The notes below the pieces were generated by a model that had not been told where the DNA came from, did no database searches, and worked only from the letters and a program-made list of their open reading frames with translations. Shown piece after piece: positions 37,351 to 52,522 of a stretch of 64,000 bases of DNA. The DNA is from Eledone cirrhosa. Taxonomy: Eukaryota. The position numbers were made by a program, and so were the translations under genes. Position 1 is the stretch's first letter. Each line of letters opens with the position of its first letter. The DNA lies in assembly GCA_964016885.1 (NCBI GenBank), contig OZ024753.1, positions 16,864,001-16,928,000 of the forward strand. Reading direction: 5' to 3'.

Positions 37351-37935
37351 TCAATATTCCATATATATAAATTCCTAAAACAACAAAAGCACAACTTCTA
37401 GCAAAAGAAGGTTGGGTGTGGTGTGGTGAAGAACCACCACCACTGCCTCCACCACCACCATCATCACCACCACTACGACACCACCACCACCACAACAACA
37501 ACAACAACACAACCACCACCAACAACCCAGAGAAACTCTGGTTGAAACCTGTGGTAAGAAGTAATATGTATTGCCTGAAGGTAGAGGTGACGTTTAAATA
37601 AAACAGACGTTTGTTACTGTTGAAGAAAATAACATCTTCAAGAGCTTTCACCTGCAACAAACTGTTACAAATTTTAGTTTTAACATTTTTGACGTCTTCA
37701 ATGTTGATCTCGCTTCCGGCTAAAAAAAAGAAGAAAAAAGTAAACTAATATATGAATAGAAAGAAGAAAAAATACTAATAAACAGCAAATACAAAATTGA
37801 GGCAGCAAATGAAGCAGGTGTAGAGTGAATGAGAAATGGCTGGGAGGGTTTAAAGTATTGGACTTGTAAGAGTCGTTAGACTGTAGGGAGAAAAGAATGC
37901 CTGGCTGTGTTGTTTTGACTCCGGAATGGTGGTGG

Positions 37936-38428
37936 ACTATAATAAAGGGAGGAGTGCGGGACTTCGTCCAGAAAATATTTTTTTACCCCGTTTGTAAAAT
38001 AAGTTGGATTACTTTGAATAAATAATGAATGAATATTACATAATTTATGTGCTAAATTTCGTGGCTGTTGATTAAATATATTTTATATCTTATTTAATGA
38101 GTCACTTCTTTAAAATTTTCAAATGTCAACACTTCCGGTTAGCGGCCATTATATTACTTATAAAAATATCGCGTATATTTCTGTCACTAATTTTCTCCTA
38201 ATGCAGTTTATATATAATATCGTCTGCTTTTAATGTATCATGGATTACGTTACTGATTACATAAGACAGACATGTAACAGTCTTCGTTCAATTTCTGTGT
38301 ATTATATATTGTCAATTACGATTTTATTTGATGTATCATATCTACATGTATATATACTTGCGTATAATATCAATATACACACTACACATGCTAGCAGAAA
38401 ACCACACATCGGGTGGTTTTTCTGCTAG
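37936..38428 (+). mobile_element. Non-autonomous Helitron-like element, copy 1
   Basis: 3' hairpin aaaaccac...gtggtttt followed by CTAG|T; homologous along its length to 58935-59422. Confidence 0.75.
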
Positions 38429-39627
38429 TTGTTATAACGCTTGACGAGAAGTCATGCAGTGTTTATCCCGGTACCAGGCTCTCCAAGTTCAACGACCACT
38501 GAAGTCCAGCATGAGATACATTCGGAAACAATAAAATTAATCAACAGTTAAAGGAATTGACCGATTTAAGCAGCTGTCCAGGTCATTGGATTGGACGAAT
38601 TAAGCACCTATCCAGGTCATTAGCCGAATTAAGCACAAGTCCATGGATTCAGATGAGATTCTTTATGGTATTTATTCTGATTAGTGGTTAACCTAATCTA
38701 TCACTCGGTTTAACACCAATATCCAATCCTTGTTTGCTTTTAGTAGAGTCACTCTATTGTAAGCTTTTGGACCAGGTCTCTGGTTTAAGGAAAACCTACT
38801 CCCCTTCCTCTCGCAGGTTTCCGCATTGTCTCCGACTACCAACATGCACTCAGACGGCTTGGGTCGACCCGAGGCTATTGTAACCCCCCCCCCCCCCCCA
38901 AAAAAAAACCACCAAACAAACAAAAACTCACGACTCCATCCAGTGAAACCAAACACTAGACCTCGATATTGCAAAGCAAACTACTTAACCATTCAGCCAT
39001 GCTGAGTCTGACTCTTGCCTTGGTCCTCCGTTGGTTTCGACGATATGTATTCAAGTTGTTTGATCAACGGAACAACCTGATCGTAAGATTCATGTATAAA
39101 TGGCTCAGGATTCTACAGACAGGTGAACCCGTAAAGTAATTCTCAGGAAGATTCTACATGATCGTGTGACAAGGATAGCTTTTTGAGTTAAAGGTACAGT
39201 CCATCCGACGGGCTTCCACTGTTTCCGTCTAACCCACAAAGCATGTGTCGAACACGAGGCTAAAGTAAATGATTCTACGCTATGGTTTCGAACTCGGGAC
39301 CTAATGAATACAAAGTAAATCTCCTAAACATTTATTACTATGACATCCCTGGTCTCGCTTGGGGAATCCAGTCGGATCAGTTAGAGACGGTTGCTTCTGA
39401 CAGGACCCCGTTGGAAGCAGTGTTTAACGACCCCCTCAGGAATAAGTGGGAGAATATGATGATTTATTACAGCTTTGATAAGAAGAAAAGCACAAGCCCA
39501 CGACCGTTTATTACTTCAAGGCTCGCAAGTCTATCGAAAGGAAGGGGAGCAAGTTATCCTCATCTATTTATTGTGCAATTAATATAGGTGTTCGATAATC
39601 GATACCGTTGATGGGCAAGTAGATAGT

Positions 39628-39835
39628 GCCGGCACATGACTTAGTGATTAGAGCATTGTGCATGCAATCGGGAGGTTGTGCGTTTGATTCCTGGACCGGG
39701 TGATGCATTGTGTCCTTGAGCAAGACACTTTATTTCCCGTTGCTCCTTCTGCCAGGTGTTGTAACCGTAGATAGTATCAGCAATGGAAAGAACAATGGAA
39801 ACATTGTTTCCGTAATCGGACGTCACAAATTCCAC
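39628..39835 (+). mobile_element. CORE-like SINE
   Basis: A/B-box-like head and gtgtccttgagcaagacactttatttc; same tail type as 2420-2598 and 60915-61115. Confidence 0.75.
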
Positions 39836-40196
39836 AGCAAACAGTAAACATATGAGATCTTATCGATGGATTCGATAGCAAGCCACATCGGACACTGGAA
39901 TAGTTCCTTTATTTTCCTCGGAAGAAGAGATATTACTCTGGAATTACCAGGACATAGGAATAAATTAAGGTAAAAAAAAAACAAGACCTGTTTCTTACGA
40001 TTTAATTATTCTCCGTTCAAATCTGCATTGTCGTGGCTTTCAAACTCTCTCTCTCTCTCTCTCCCTCCCGCCATCCATCTCTCTCTCTCCCTCCCGCCAT
40101 CCATCTCTCTCTCCCTCCCTCTCTCTCTCTCTATATATATATATATATTATTCAAAATATTAATAAATGGAGACATTCACGTAATCAAAATATATG

Positions 40197-40258
40197 TTTT
40201 ATTATATATATTTCGGAGGTACTGTGCTGTTTTTTCAGTACGTCCTCATCAGATAAAA
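40197..40258 (-). ncRNA. Minimal type I hammerhead ribozyme motif in a ~175-bp insert between (TA)n tracts
   Basis: Reverse complement: TTTTAT-CTGATGA-GGACGTACTG...CAGTACCTCC-GAAA-TATATA-TA-ATAAAA. Confidence 0.8.
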
Positions 40259-41034
40259 TACATAAATTGATGTATGACAAACCTCAACTGTGCTGATGGT
40301 TCAATTTCACTCTTGACAGTCATATATATATATATATATATGATAATAAGGGCGCTGCGGAGTGGCAAATGGGTTACATATGAAAAAAGTTTGTCCTTCA
40401 TCAGTGATCTTCCAACTATCATAGGCATTTCATCGCTTTAAAGACCATATACCTCCGATAGCACACATATATCTATATATATCTATATAGATATATGTGT
40501 GTTATGAGATTAATTTGTTCGGCGTTAGTGTTTGTCTGAAACTTTATTTTATCTATCTCAACAGAATGAAAGACAGAGGTAACCGTGGTAGGATTTGAAC
40601 TCCGACTCTAAAGAGCCTGGGACAAATGCTGCAAAGCGGTTCTTCGGACGCTCTAACGATTCTGCCAATCCAACACCCATTTAGTGGAAATATGATATTA
40701 TCGTTTGTAAAGTTTTGCATAGGCCACACATATTTTGTGGGCGGGCACAGTCAATTAAATCGACCCTTGTTTCTTGACAGCTACTTATTTTATCGACCCA
40801 GGAGCAAGTTAGGCGTGGGGAGTATATGACTGAAAGACACCTCCAGGTATATAGTATTGAAACTATGTGTTAAAAACCTAATCTATCAAAAGAAAAGAAA
40901 GAGCTTTACATAAAGGAAATGGCTGTGAGATTTATAAGTGTTAACAAAAGAATTGCTGGGCGGAGCAAATGTTTATTTCTTGATGTTATCATCTATCAGC
41001 CCCAAAGTTCTGCCAAGCATACGTAATATACAAG

Positions 41035-41110
41035 GCTAGGCTGAACATTTCATAGGCTAACTATGAAAAAATTATGCTAGAGCTGTGAAATCTTGCATAC
41101 ATACATTTCA
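41035..41110 (+). mobile_element. Mariner-like terminal fragment (second copy at ~56072-56150)
   Basis: Shared ...ttatgctagagctgtgaaatctt downstream of a ta-c.agg.t.ggct.aa start. Confidence 0.45.
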
Positions 41111-41126
41111 GTTTTTCTTAATAATA

Positions 41127-41570
41127 ACTGCATTGTTTCTGTCCAGGGACTACTTTGGAAACTAAACCTCATTTGGTCATTCCATTAGAGTATCTTGGTC
41201 ACTGTATTGTTTCTGTCCAGGGACAATTTTGGAAACTAAACCTCATTTGGTCATTCCATGAGAGTATCTTGGTCACTGTATTGTTTCTGTACAAGGACTA
41301 CTTTGGAAACTAAACCTCATTTGGTCATTCCATTAGAGTATCTTGGTTACTGTATTGTTTCTGTCCATGGACAATTTTGGAAACTAAACCTCATTTGGTC
41401 ATTCCATGAGAGTATCTTGGTTACTGTATTGTTTCTGTACAAGTACTACTTTGGAAACTAAACCTCATTTGGTCATTCCATTAGAGTATCTTGGTTACTG
41501 TATTGTTTCTGTACAAGGACTACTTTGGAAACTAAACCTCATTTGGTCATTCCATGAGAGTATCTTGGTC
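41127..41570. repeat. 74-bp minisatellite, 6 copies
   Basis: Unit actgtattgtttctgt...ttggaaactaaacctcatttggtcattcca..agagtatcttggt. Confidence 0.95.
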
Positions 41571-44500
41571 AGCTTACGAACTTTTCAGCCTATGATTTTT
41601 GTGTATATTGTCTACAGATGTGTCATGTATACACAGTATAATGTGTGTATATTGTCTATAGCCCTGTTATATATACACAATATACAGTGTATATATTATC
41701 TATAGCTGTGTTATATATACAATATACAGTGTATATATTGTCTGTAGCCCTGTTATATATATATAATATACAGTGTATATATTGTCTATAGCTGTGTTTT
41801 ATACACAATATACAGTGTATATATTGTCTAAAGCTGTGTTATATATACACAATATACTGTATATATATTGACTATAGCTGTTATCTATACATAATATACA
41901 GTGTATATATTGTCTATAGCTGTTATATATAAACAATATCCAGTGTATATATTGTCTATAGTTGTGTTATATATACACAATATACAGAGTATATATTGCC
42001 TATAGCTGTGTTATATATACAAAATATACAGTGTATATATTGCCTATAGCTGTGTTATATATACACAATATACAGTGTATATATTGCCTATAGCTGTGTT
42101 ATATATACACAATATACAGTGTATATATTGTCTATAGCTGTGTTATATATACACAATAAACAGTGTATATATTGTCTATAGCTGTTATATATACACAATA
42201 TACTGTGTATATATTGTCTTTAGCTGTTATATATACACAATATACAGTGTATATATTGTCTATAGCTGTGTTATATATACACAATACACTGTGTATATAT
42301 TGTCTATAGCTGTGTTATATATACACAATATACTGTGTATATATTGTCTATAGCTGTTATATATACACAATATACTGTGTATATATTGTCTATAGCTGTG
42401 TTATATATACACAATATACAGTGTATATATTGCCTATAGCTGTGTTATATATACACAATATACAGTGTATATATTATCTATAGCTGTGTTATATATACAC
42501 AATAGACAGTGTATATATTGTCTATAGCTGTGTTATATATACACTGTATACTGTGTATATATTGTCTATAGCTGTTATATATACACAATATACTGTGTAT
42601 ATATTGTCTATAGCTGTTATATATACACAATATACAGTGTATATATTGTCTTTAGCTGTTATTTATACACAATATACAGTGTATAAATTGTCTATAGCTG
42701 TTATATATACACAATATACAGTGTATATATTGTCTATAGCTGTTATTTATACACAATATACAGTGTATATATTATCTATAGCTGTGTTATATATACACAA
42801 TATACAGTGTATAAATTGTCTATAGCTGTGTTATATATACACTGTATACTGTGTATATATTGTCTATAGCTGTTATATATACACAATATACAGTGTATAT
42901 ATTGTCTATAGCTGTCATATATACACAATAGACAGTGTATATATTGTCTATAGCTGTTATATATACACAATATACAGTGTATATATTGTCTATAGCTGTT
43001 ATATATACACACTATACAGTGTATATATTGTCTATAGTTGTTATTTATACACAATATACAGTGTATATATTGTCTATAGCTGTTTTTATACACAATATAC
43101 AGTGTATATATTGTCTATAGCTGTGTTATATATACACTGTATACTGTGTATATATTGTCTATAGCTGTGTTATATATACACAATATACTGTGTATATATT
43201 GTCTGTAGCTGTGTTATATATACACATTATACAGTGTATATATTTATGGAGCTGTTATATATACACTGTATACTGTGTATATATTGTATATAGCTGTTAT
43301 ATATACACAATATACAGTGTATATATTGTATATAGCTGTGCTATATATACACAATATACAGTGTATAAATTGTCTATAGCTGTTATATATAAACAATATC
43401 CAGTGTATATATTGTCTATAGTTGTGTTATATATACACAATATACAGAGTATATATTGTCGATAGCTGTGTTATATATACACAATATACTGTGTATATAT
43501 TGTCTGTAGCTGTGTTATATATACACATTATACAGTGTATATATTGTCTATAGCTGTGTTATATATACACAATATGCAGTGTATATATTGTCTATAGCTG
43601 TTATATATACACAATATACAGTGTATATATTGTCTAGAGCTGTGTTATATATACACTGTATACTGTGTATATATTGTCTATAGCTGTGTTATATATACAC
43701 AATATACTGTGTATATATTGTCTGTAGCTGTGTTATATATACACATTATACAGTGTATATATTTATGGAGCTGTTATATATACACTGTATACTGTGTATA
43801 TATTGTATATAGCTGTTATATATACACAATATACAGTGTATATATTGTCTATAGCTGTTATATATAAACAATATCCAGTGTATATATTGTCTATAGTTGT
43901 GTTATATATACACAATATACAGAGTATATATTGTCGATAGCTGTGTTATATATACACAATATACAGTGTATATATTTATGGAGCTGTTATATATACGCTG
44001 TATACTGTGTATATATTGTCGATAGCTGTGTTATATATACACAATATACAGTGTATATATTGTCTATAGCTGTGTTATATATACACTGTATACTGTGTAT
44101 ATATTGTCTATAGCTGTGTTATATATACACTGTATACTGTGTATATATTGTCTATAGCTGTTATATATACACAATATACAGTGTATATATTGTCTATAAC
44201 TGTGTTATATATACACAATATACTGTGTATATATTGTCTATAGCTGTGTTATATATACACTGTATACTGTGTATATATTGTCTATAGCTGTTATATATAC
44301 ACAATATACAGTGTATATATATTGTCTACAGCTGTGTTATATATACACAATATACTGTGTATATATTGTCTATAGCTGTGTTATATATACACAATATACA
44401 GTGTATATATTGTCTACAGCTGTGTTATATATACACAATATACTGTGTATATATTGTTTATAGCTGTGTTATATATACACAGCATACTGTGTATATATTG

Positions 44501-46245
44501 TCTATAGCTGTGTTATATATACACAACATACTGTGTATATATTGTCTATAGCTGTGTTATATATACACAATATACAGTGTATATATTGTCTATATCAGTG
44601 TTATATACACACAATATACTGTGTATATATTGACTATAGCTGTTATATATACACCATATACAGTATATATTGTCTATAGCTGTTATATATACACAATATA
44701 CTGTGTATATATTGTCTATAGCTTTTATATATACACAATATACAGTGTATATATTGTCTATAGCTGTGTTATATATACACTATATACTGTGTATATATTG
44801 TCTATAGCTTTTATATATACACAATATACAGTGTATATATTGTCTATAGCTGTGTTATATATACACAATATACAGTGTATATATTGTCTATAGCTGTGTT
44901 ATATATACACAATATACTGTGTATATATTGTCTGTAGCTGTGTTATATATACACAATATACAGTGTATATATTTATGGAGCTGTTATATATACGCTGTAT
45001 ACTGTGTATATATTGTCGATAGCTGTGTTATATATACACAATATACAGTGTATATATTGTCTATAGCTGTGTTATATATACACTGTATACTGTGTATATA
45101 TTGTCTATAGCTGTGTTATATATACACTGTATACTGTGTATATATTGTCTATAGCTGTTATATATACACAATCTACAGTGTATATATTGTCTATAGCTGT
45201 GTTATATATACACTGTATACTGTGTATATATTGTCTATAGCTGTGTTATATATACACATTATACAGTGTATATATTGTCTATAGCTGTTAGATATACACA
45301 ATATACAGTGCATATATTGTCTATAACTGTGTTATATACACATTATACAGTGTATATATTGTCTATAGCTGTTATATATACACTGTATACTGTGTATATA
45401 TTGTCTACAGCTGTGTTATATATACACATTATACAGTGTATATATTGTTTATAACTGTGTTATATATACACAATATACTGTGTATATATTGTCTATAACT
45501 GTGTTATATATACACATTATACAGTGTATATATTGTCTACAGCTGTTATATATACACAATATACTGTGTATATATTGTCTGTAGCTGTGTTATATATACA
45601 CACTATACAGTGTATATATTTATGGAGCTGTTATATATACACTGTATACTGTGTATATATTGTCTATAGCTGTTATATATACACAATATACAGTGTATAT
45701 ATTGTCTATAGCTGTGTTATATATACACAATATACAGTGTATATATTGTCTATAGCTGTGTTATATATACACAATATACTGTGTATATATTGTCTATAGC
45801 TGTGTTATATGTACACATTATACAGTGTATATATTGTCTATAGCTGTTATATATACACATTATACAGTGTATATATTGTCTATAGCTGTTATATATACAC
45901 AATATACTGTGTATATATTGTCTATAGCTGTATTATATATACACAATATAAAGTATATATATTGTCTGTAGCTGTGTTATATATACACAATATAACAGTG
46001 TATATATTGTCTATAGCTGTGTATTATATACACAATATACAGTGTATATATTGTCTGTAGCTGTGTTATATATACACAATATACAGTGTATATATTGTCT
46101 ATAGCAGTGTATTATATACACAATATACAGTGTATATATTGTCTAGATCTGTGTCATATATACACAATATACTGTGTATATATTGTCTATAGCTGTTATA
46201 TATACACAATATACAATGTATATATTGTCTGTAGCTGTGTTATAT

Positions 46246-46365
46246 AATAATAATAATGAAATTATTGTGTACAGTGCTCAGGTGCACTACAACTCATCAA
46301 AGGTGCATATATAGTAGATAGAATAATGTACAAATGTCAGGAAAATGAACAGTGTATGAGTCATG

Positions 46366-46401
<36 letters not shown>

Positions 46402-46960
46402 AATATTGTGTGCAGTGCCCAGGTGCACCACAACTCATCAAAAAGTGCATGTAAAGTGCATAGGCCAATGCACAAATATCAGGAAAATGAACAGTACACG
46501 AGTCATGATACACACGTGTGCATGTGTATGGAAGGGGTACATCAGCTGTAGTTTTGGCGTATTTCGGGAAGCATGAGTGTCTTAAAGGATGCAGTGTCTC
46601 GGCAGCTAACAACTGACGCAGGCAGTTTATTCCATGCTTCAGCAGCTCTGAGCGTGAAAAAATGTCTACGAAAGTGATGGGAGCTGTGCTGTTTTCTGAC
46701 TTTGAAGGCATCCCCACGTGTGTTAGACACATGGAGATCAAAAAGGTGCTCAGGGTTGCAATTGGCGAGATGGTTAATAACTTTGTGGGTATTTACCAAG
46801 TCCATTGCCAGACGTCGGAGCTTCAATGAATCCATGCCCAGGGAAGCAAGGCGTTCAGAGTATGGTAGGTGTCTGATGGAGGGTATGCGCTTGGTTGCAC
46901 GTCTCTGAACAGTTTCCAGGAGGTCAATGTTCTGAGCAAGATAGGGGTTCCAGACTGATG
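46246..46960 (-). mobile_element. 5'-truncated CR1/L2-clade LINE, copy 1
   Basis: SSVWNPYLAQNIDLLETVQRRATK...Y.ERL..L...L..RR...TRG...RRHFFTLR...WNKLPASVV; (TTA)n tail. Confidence 0.9.
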
Positions 46961-48589
46961 ATACACAATATACAGTGTATATATTGTCTATAGCTGTGTT
47001 ATATATACACAATATACTGTGTATGTATTGTCTATAGCTGTGTTATATATACACAATATACTGTGTATATATTGTCTATAGTTGTGTTATATATACTGTG
47101 TATATAATGTCTATATATATATACACAATATACAGTTTATATATTGTCTATAGTTGTGTTATATATACACAATATACAATGTATATATTGTTTATATCAG
47201 TGTTATATATACACAATATACAGTGTATATATTGTCTGTAGCTGTGTTATATATACACAATATACAGTGTATATATTGTCTGTAGCTGTGTTATATATAC
47301 ACAATATACAGTGTATATATTGTCTACAGCTGTGTTATATATGCACATTATACAGTGTATATATTGTATATAGCTGTTATCTATACATAATATACAGTGT
47401 ATATATTGTCTATAGCTGTTATATATACACAATATCCAGTGTATCTATTGTCTATAGCTGTGTTATATATACAGAGTATGTTTTGCCTATAGCTGTGTTA
47501 TATATACACAATATACAGGGTATATATTGTCTGTAGCTGATATATATATTACCAATATACTGTGTATATATTGTCTATAGCTGTGTTATATATACACAAT
47601 ATACAGTGTATATATTGTCTATAGCTGTTATATATACACAATATACTGTGTATATATTGTCTATAGCTTTTATATATACACAATATACAGTGTATATATT
47701 GTCTATAGCTGTGTTATATATACACTATATACTGTGTATATATTGTCTATAGCTTTTATATATACACAATATACAGTGTATATATTGTCTATAGCTGTGT
47801 TATATATACACAATATACAGTGTATATATTGTCTATAGCTGTGTTATATATACACAATATACTGTGTATATATTGTCTGTAGCTGTGTTATATATACACA
47901 ATATACAGTGTATATATTTATGGAGCTGTTATATATACGCTGTATACTGTGTATATATTGTCGATAGCTGTGTTATATATACACAATATACAGTGTATAT
48001 ATTGTCTATAGCTGTGTTATATATACACTGTATACTGTGTATATATTGTCTATAGCTGTGTTATATATACACTGTATACTGTGTATATATTGTCTATAGC
48101 TGTTATATATACACAATATACAGTGTATATATTGTCTATAACTGTGTTATATATACACAATATACTGTGTATATATTGTCTATAGCTGTGTTATATATAC
48201 ACTGTATACTGTGTATATATTGTCTATAGCTGTTATATATACACAATATACTGTGTATATATTGTCTATAGCTGTATTATATATACACAATATAAAGTAT
48301 ATATATTGTCTGTAGCTGTGTTATATATACACAATATAACAGTGTATATATTGTCTATAGCTGTGTATTATATACACAATATACAGTGTATATATTGTCT
48401 GTAGCTGTGTTATATATACACAATATACAGTGTATATATTGTCTATAGCAGTGTATTATATACACAATATACAGTGTATATATTGTCTAGATCTGTGTCA
48501 TATATACACAATATACTGTGTATATATTGTCTATAGCTGTTATATATACACAATATACAATGTATATATTGTCTGTAGCTGTGTTATAT

Positions 48590-48709
48590 AATAATAATAA
48601 TGAAATTATTGTGTACAGTGCTCAGGTGCACTACAACTCATCAAAGGTGCATATATAGTAGATAGAATAATGTACAAATGTCAGGAAAATGAACAGTGTA
48701 TGAGTCATG

Positions 48710-48745
<36 letters not shown>

Positions 48746-49304
48746 AATATTGTGTGCAGTGCCCAGGTGCACCACAACTCATCAAAAAGTGCATGTAAAG
48801 TGCATAGGCCAATGCACAAATATCAGGAAAATGAACAGTACACGAGTCATGATACACACGTGTGCATGTGTATGGAAGGGGTACATCAGCTGTAGTTTTG
48901 GCGTATTTCGGGAAGCATGAGTGTCTTAAAGGATGCAGTGTCTCGGCAGCTAACAACTGACGCAGGCAGTTTATTCCATGCTTCAGCAGCTCTGAGCGTG
49001 AAAAAATGTCTACGAAAGTGATGGGAGCTGTGCTGTTTTCTGACTTTGAAGGCATCCCCACGTGTGTTAGACACATGGAGATCAAAAAGGTGCTCAGGGT
49101 TGCAATTGGCGAGATGGTTAATAACTTTGTGGGTATTTACCAAGTCCATTGCCAGACGTCGGAGCTTCAATGAATCCATGCCCAGGGAAGCAAGGCGTTC
49201 AGAGTATGGTAGGTGTCTGATGGAGGGTATGCGCTTGGTTGCACGTCTCTGAACAGTTTCCAGGAGGTCAATGTTCTGAGCAAGATAGGGGTTCCAGACT
49301 GATG
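48590..49304 (-). mobile_element. CR1/L2-clade LINE, copy 2 (duplicate of 46246-46960)
   Basis: Identical ORFs and junctions at an offset of 2344 bp. Confidence 0.9.
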
Positions 49305-52140
49305 ATACACAATATACAGTGTATATATTGTCTATAGCTGTGTTATATATACACAATATACTGTGTATGTATTGTCTATAGCTGTGTTATATATACACAA
49401 TATACTGTGTATATATTGTCTATAGTTGTGTTATATATACTGTGTATATAATGTCTATATATATATACACAATATACAGTTTATATATTGTCTATAGTTG
49501 TGTTATATATACACAATATACAATGTATATATTGTTTATATCAGTGTTATATATACACAATATACAGTGTATATATTGTCTGTAGCTGTGTTATATATAC
49601 ACAATATACAGTGTATATATTGTCTGTAGCTGTGTTATATATACACAATATACAGTGTATATATTGTCTACAGCTGTGTTATATATGCACATTATACAGT
49701 GTATATATTGTATATAGCTGTTATCTATACATAATATACAGTGTATATATTGTCTATAGCTGTTATATATACACAATATCCAGTGTATCTATTGTCTATA
49801 GCTGTGTTATATATACAGAGTATGTTTTGCCTATAGCTGTGTTATATATACACAATATACAGGGTATATATTGTCTGTAGCTGATATATATATTACCAAT
49901 ATACTGTGTATATATTGTCTATAGCTGTGTTATATATACACAATATACAGTGTATATATTGTATATAGCTGTTATATAAACACAATATACAGTGTATATA
50001 TTGTCTTTAGCTGTTATATATACACAATATACGGTGTATATATTGTCTATAGCTGTGTTATATATACACAATAGACAGTGTATATATTGTCTATAGCTGT
50101 GTTATATATACACAATATACAGTGTATATATATTGTCTACAGCTGTGTTATATATACACAATATACTGTGTATATATTGTCTATAGCTGTGTTATATATA
50201 CACAATATACAGTGTATATATTGTCTACAGCTGTGTTATATATACACAATATACTGTGTATATATTGTTTATAGCTGTGTTATATATACACAACATACTG
50301 TGTATATATTGTCTATAGCTGTGTTATATATACACAACATACTGTGTATATATTGTCTATAGCTGTGTTATATATACACAATATACAGTGTATATATTGT
50401 CTATATCAGTGTTATATACACACAATATACTGTGTATATATTGACTATAGCTGTTATATATACACCATATACAGTATATATTGTCTATAGCTGTTATATA
50501 TACACAATATACTGTGTATATATTGTCTATAGCTTTTATATATACACAATATACAGTGTATATATTGTCTATAGCTGTGTTATATATACACTATATACTG
50601 TGTATATATTGTCTATAGCTTTTATATATACACAATATACAGTGTATATATTGTCTATAGCTGTGTTATATATACACAATGTACAGTGTATATATTGTCT
50701 ATAGCTGTGTTATATTTACACAATATACTGTGTATATATTGTCTAAAGCTGTGTTATATATACACATTATACAGTGTATATATTGTCTATAGCTGTTATA
50801 TATACACATTATACAGTGTATATATTGTCTATAGCTGTTATATATACATAATATACTGTGTATATATTGTCTATAGCTGTGTTATATATACACAATATAC
50901 AGTGTATATATTGTCTACAGCTGTGTTATATATACACAATATACTGTGTATATATTGTTTATAGCTGTGTTATATATACACAACATACTGTGTATATATT
51001 GTCTATAGCTGTGTTATATATACACAATATACAGTGTATATATTGTCTATATCAGTGTTATATACACACAATATACTGTGTATATATTGACTATAGCTGT
51101 TATATATACATAATATACTGTGTATATATTGTCTATAGCTGTGTTATATATACACAATATACAGTGTATATATTGTCTACAGCTGTTATATATACACATT
51201 ATACAGTGTATATATTGTCTATAGCTGTTATATATACATAATATACTGTGTATATATTGTCTATAGCTGTGTTATATATACACAATATACAGTGTATATA
51301 TTGTCTACAGCTGTGTTATATATACACAATATACAGTGTATATATTGTCTACAGCTGTTATATATACACATTATACAGTGTATATATTGTCTATAGCTGT
51401 GTTATATACACAATATACAGTGTATATATTGTCTATAGCTGTGTTATATATACACAATATACAGTGTATATATTGTCTAGATCTGTGTCATATATACACA
51501 ATATACAGTGTATATATTGTCTATTGCTGTGTTATATATACACAATATCCAGTGTATATATTGTCTATAGCTGTTATATATACACAATATACAGTGTATA
51601 TATTGTCTATAGCTGTGTTATATACACACAATATACTGTGTATATATTGACTATAGCTGTTATATATACACCATATACAGTATATATTGTCTATAGCTGT
51701 TATATATACACAATTTACAGTGTATATATTGTCTATAGCTGTTATATATACACAATATACAGTGTATATATTGTCTATAGCTGTGTTATATATACACTAT
51801 ATATTGTCTATATATTGTCTTTAGCTGTTATATATACACAATATACAGTGTATATATTGTCTATAGCTCTCATATATACACAATATACTGTATATATTGT
51901 CTACAGCTGTGTTATATATACACAATAGACAGTGTATATATTGTCTATAGCTGTGTTATATATACACAATAGACAGTGTATATATTGTCTATAGCTGTGT
52001 TATATATACACAATATACAGTGTATATATTGTCTTTAGCTGTTATATATACACAATAGACAGTGTATATATTGTCTTTAGCTGTGTTATATATACAGAAT
52101 ATACAGTGTATATATTGTCTATAGCTGTTATATATACACA

Positions 52141-52522
52141 GTATTTGGATGGGTGCTACACGAGAATGCTGAGGATGGCTCTGAACATTAATCAGTATAC
52201 ACTGAGGATGAAAAACTCAGAGCTGTATGGGAGCATCCCAAAAGTCAGCTCAAAAGTGACACAGAGGAGACTGAGGTTAGCTGGACATGCTCACCGATAT
52301 CCGGAGTTGACATTGCACTCAGTACTCCTTTGGGAGCCCCTACATGGACACACTAGAAGAGGAAGACCAAGGTTAACATATGTTGATGCCCTAAGGACAG
52401 ACACTGGTCTGTTGGAGATGCAGGACATGGCAGCGATAATGAGGGACAGAGACCGCTGGAGAGAACTCGTCCATGGATCTCGGGAATTTTACCCGCCTTA
52501 GATCGATAGATAGATAGATAGA
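52141..52522 (+). mobile_element. 5'-truncated RTE-type LINE, same family as 31222-32075
   Basis: DGCYTRMLRMALNI...HGSREFYPP nearly identical; (TAGA)n tail; flanked by atatacaca on both sides. Confidence 0.9.

Noticed and set aside
37530-37745. Possible minus-strand exon(s) after a polypyrimidine-AG
   Set aside because: There is no clean donor site, no recognisable peptide and no partner exons.
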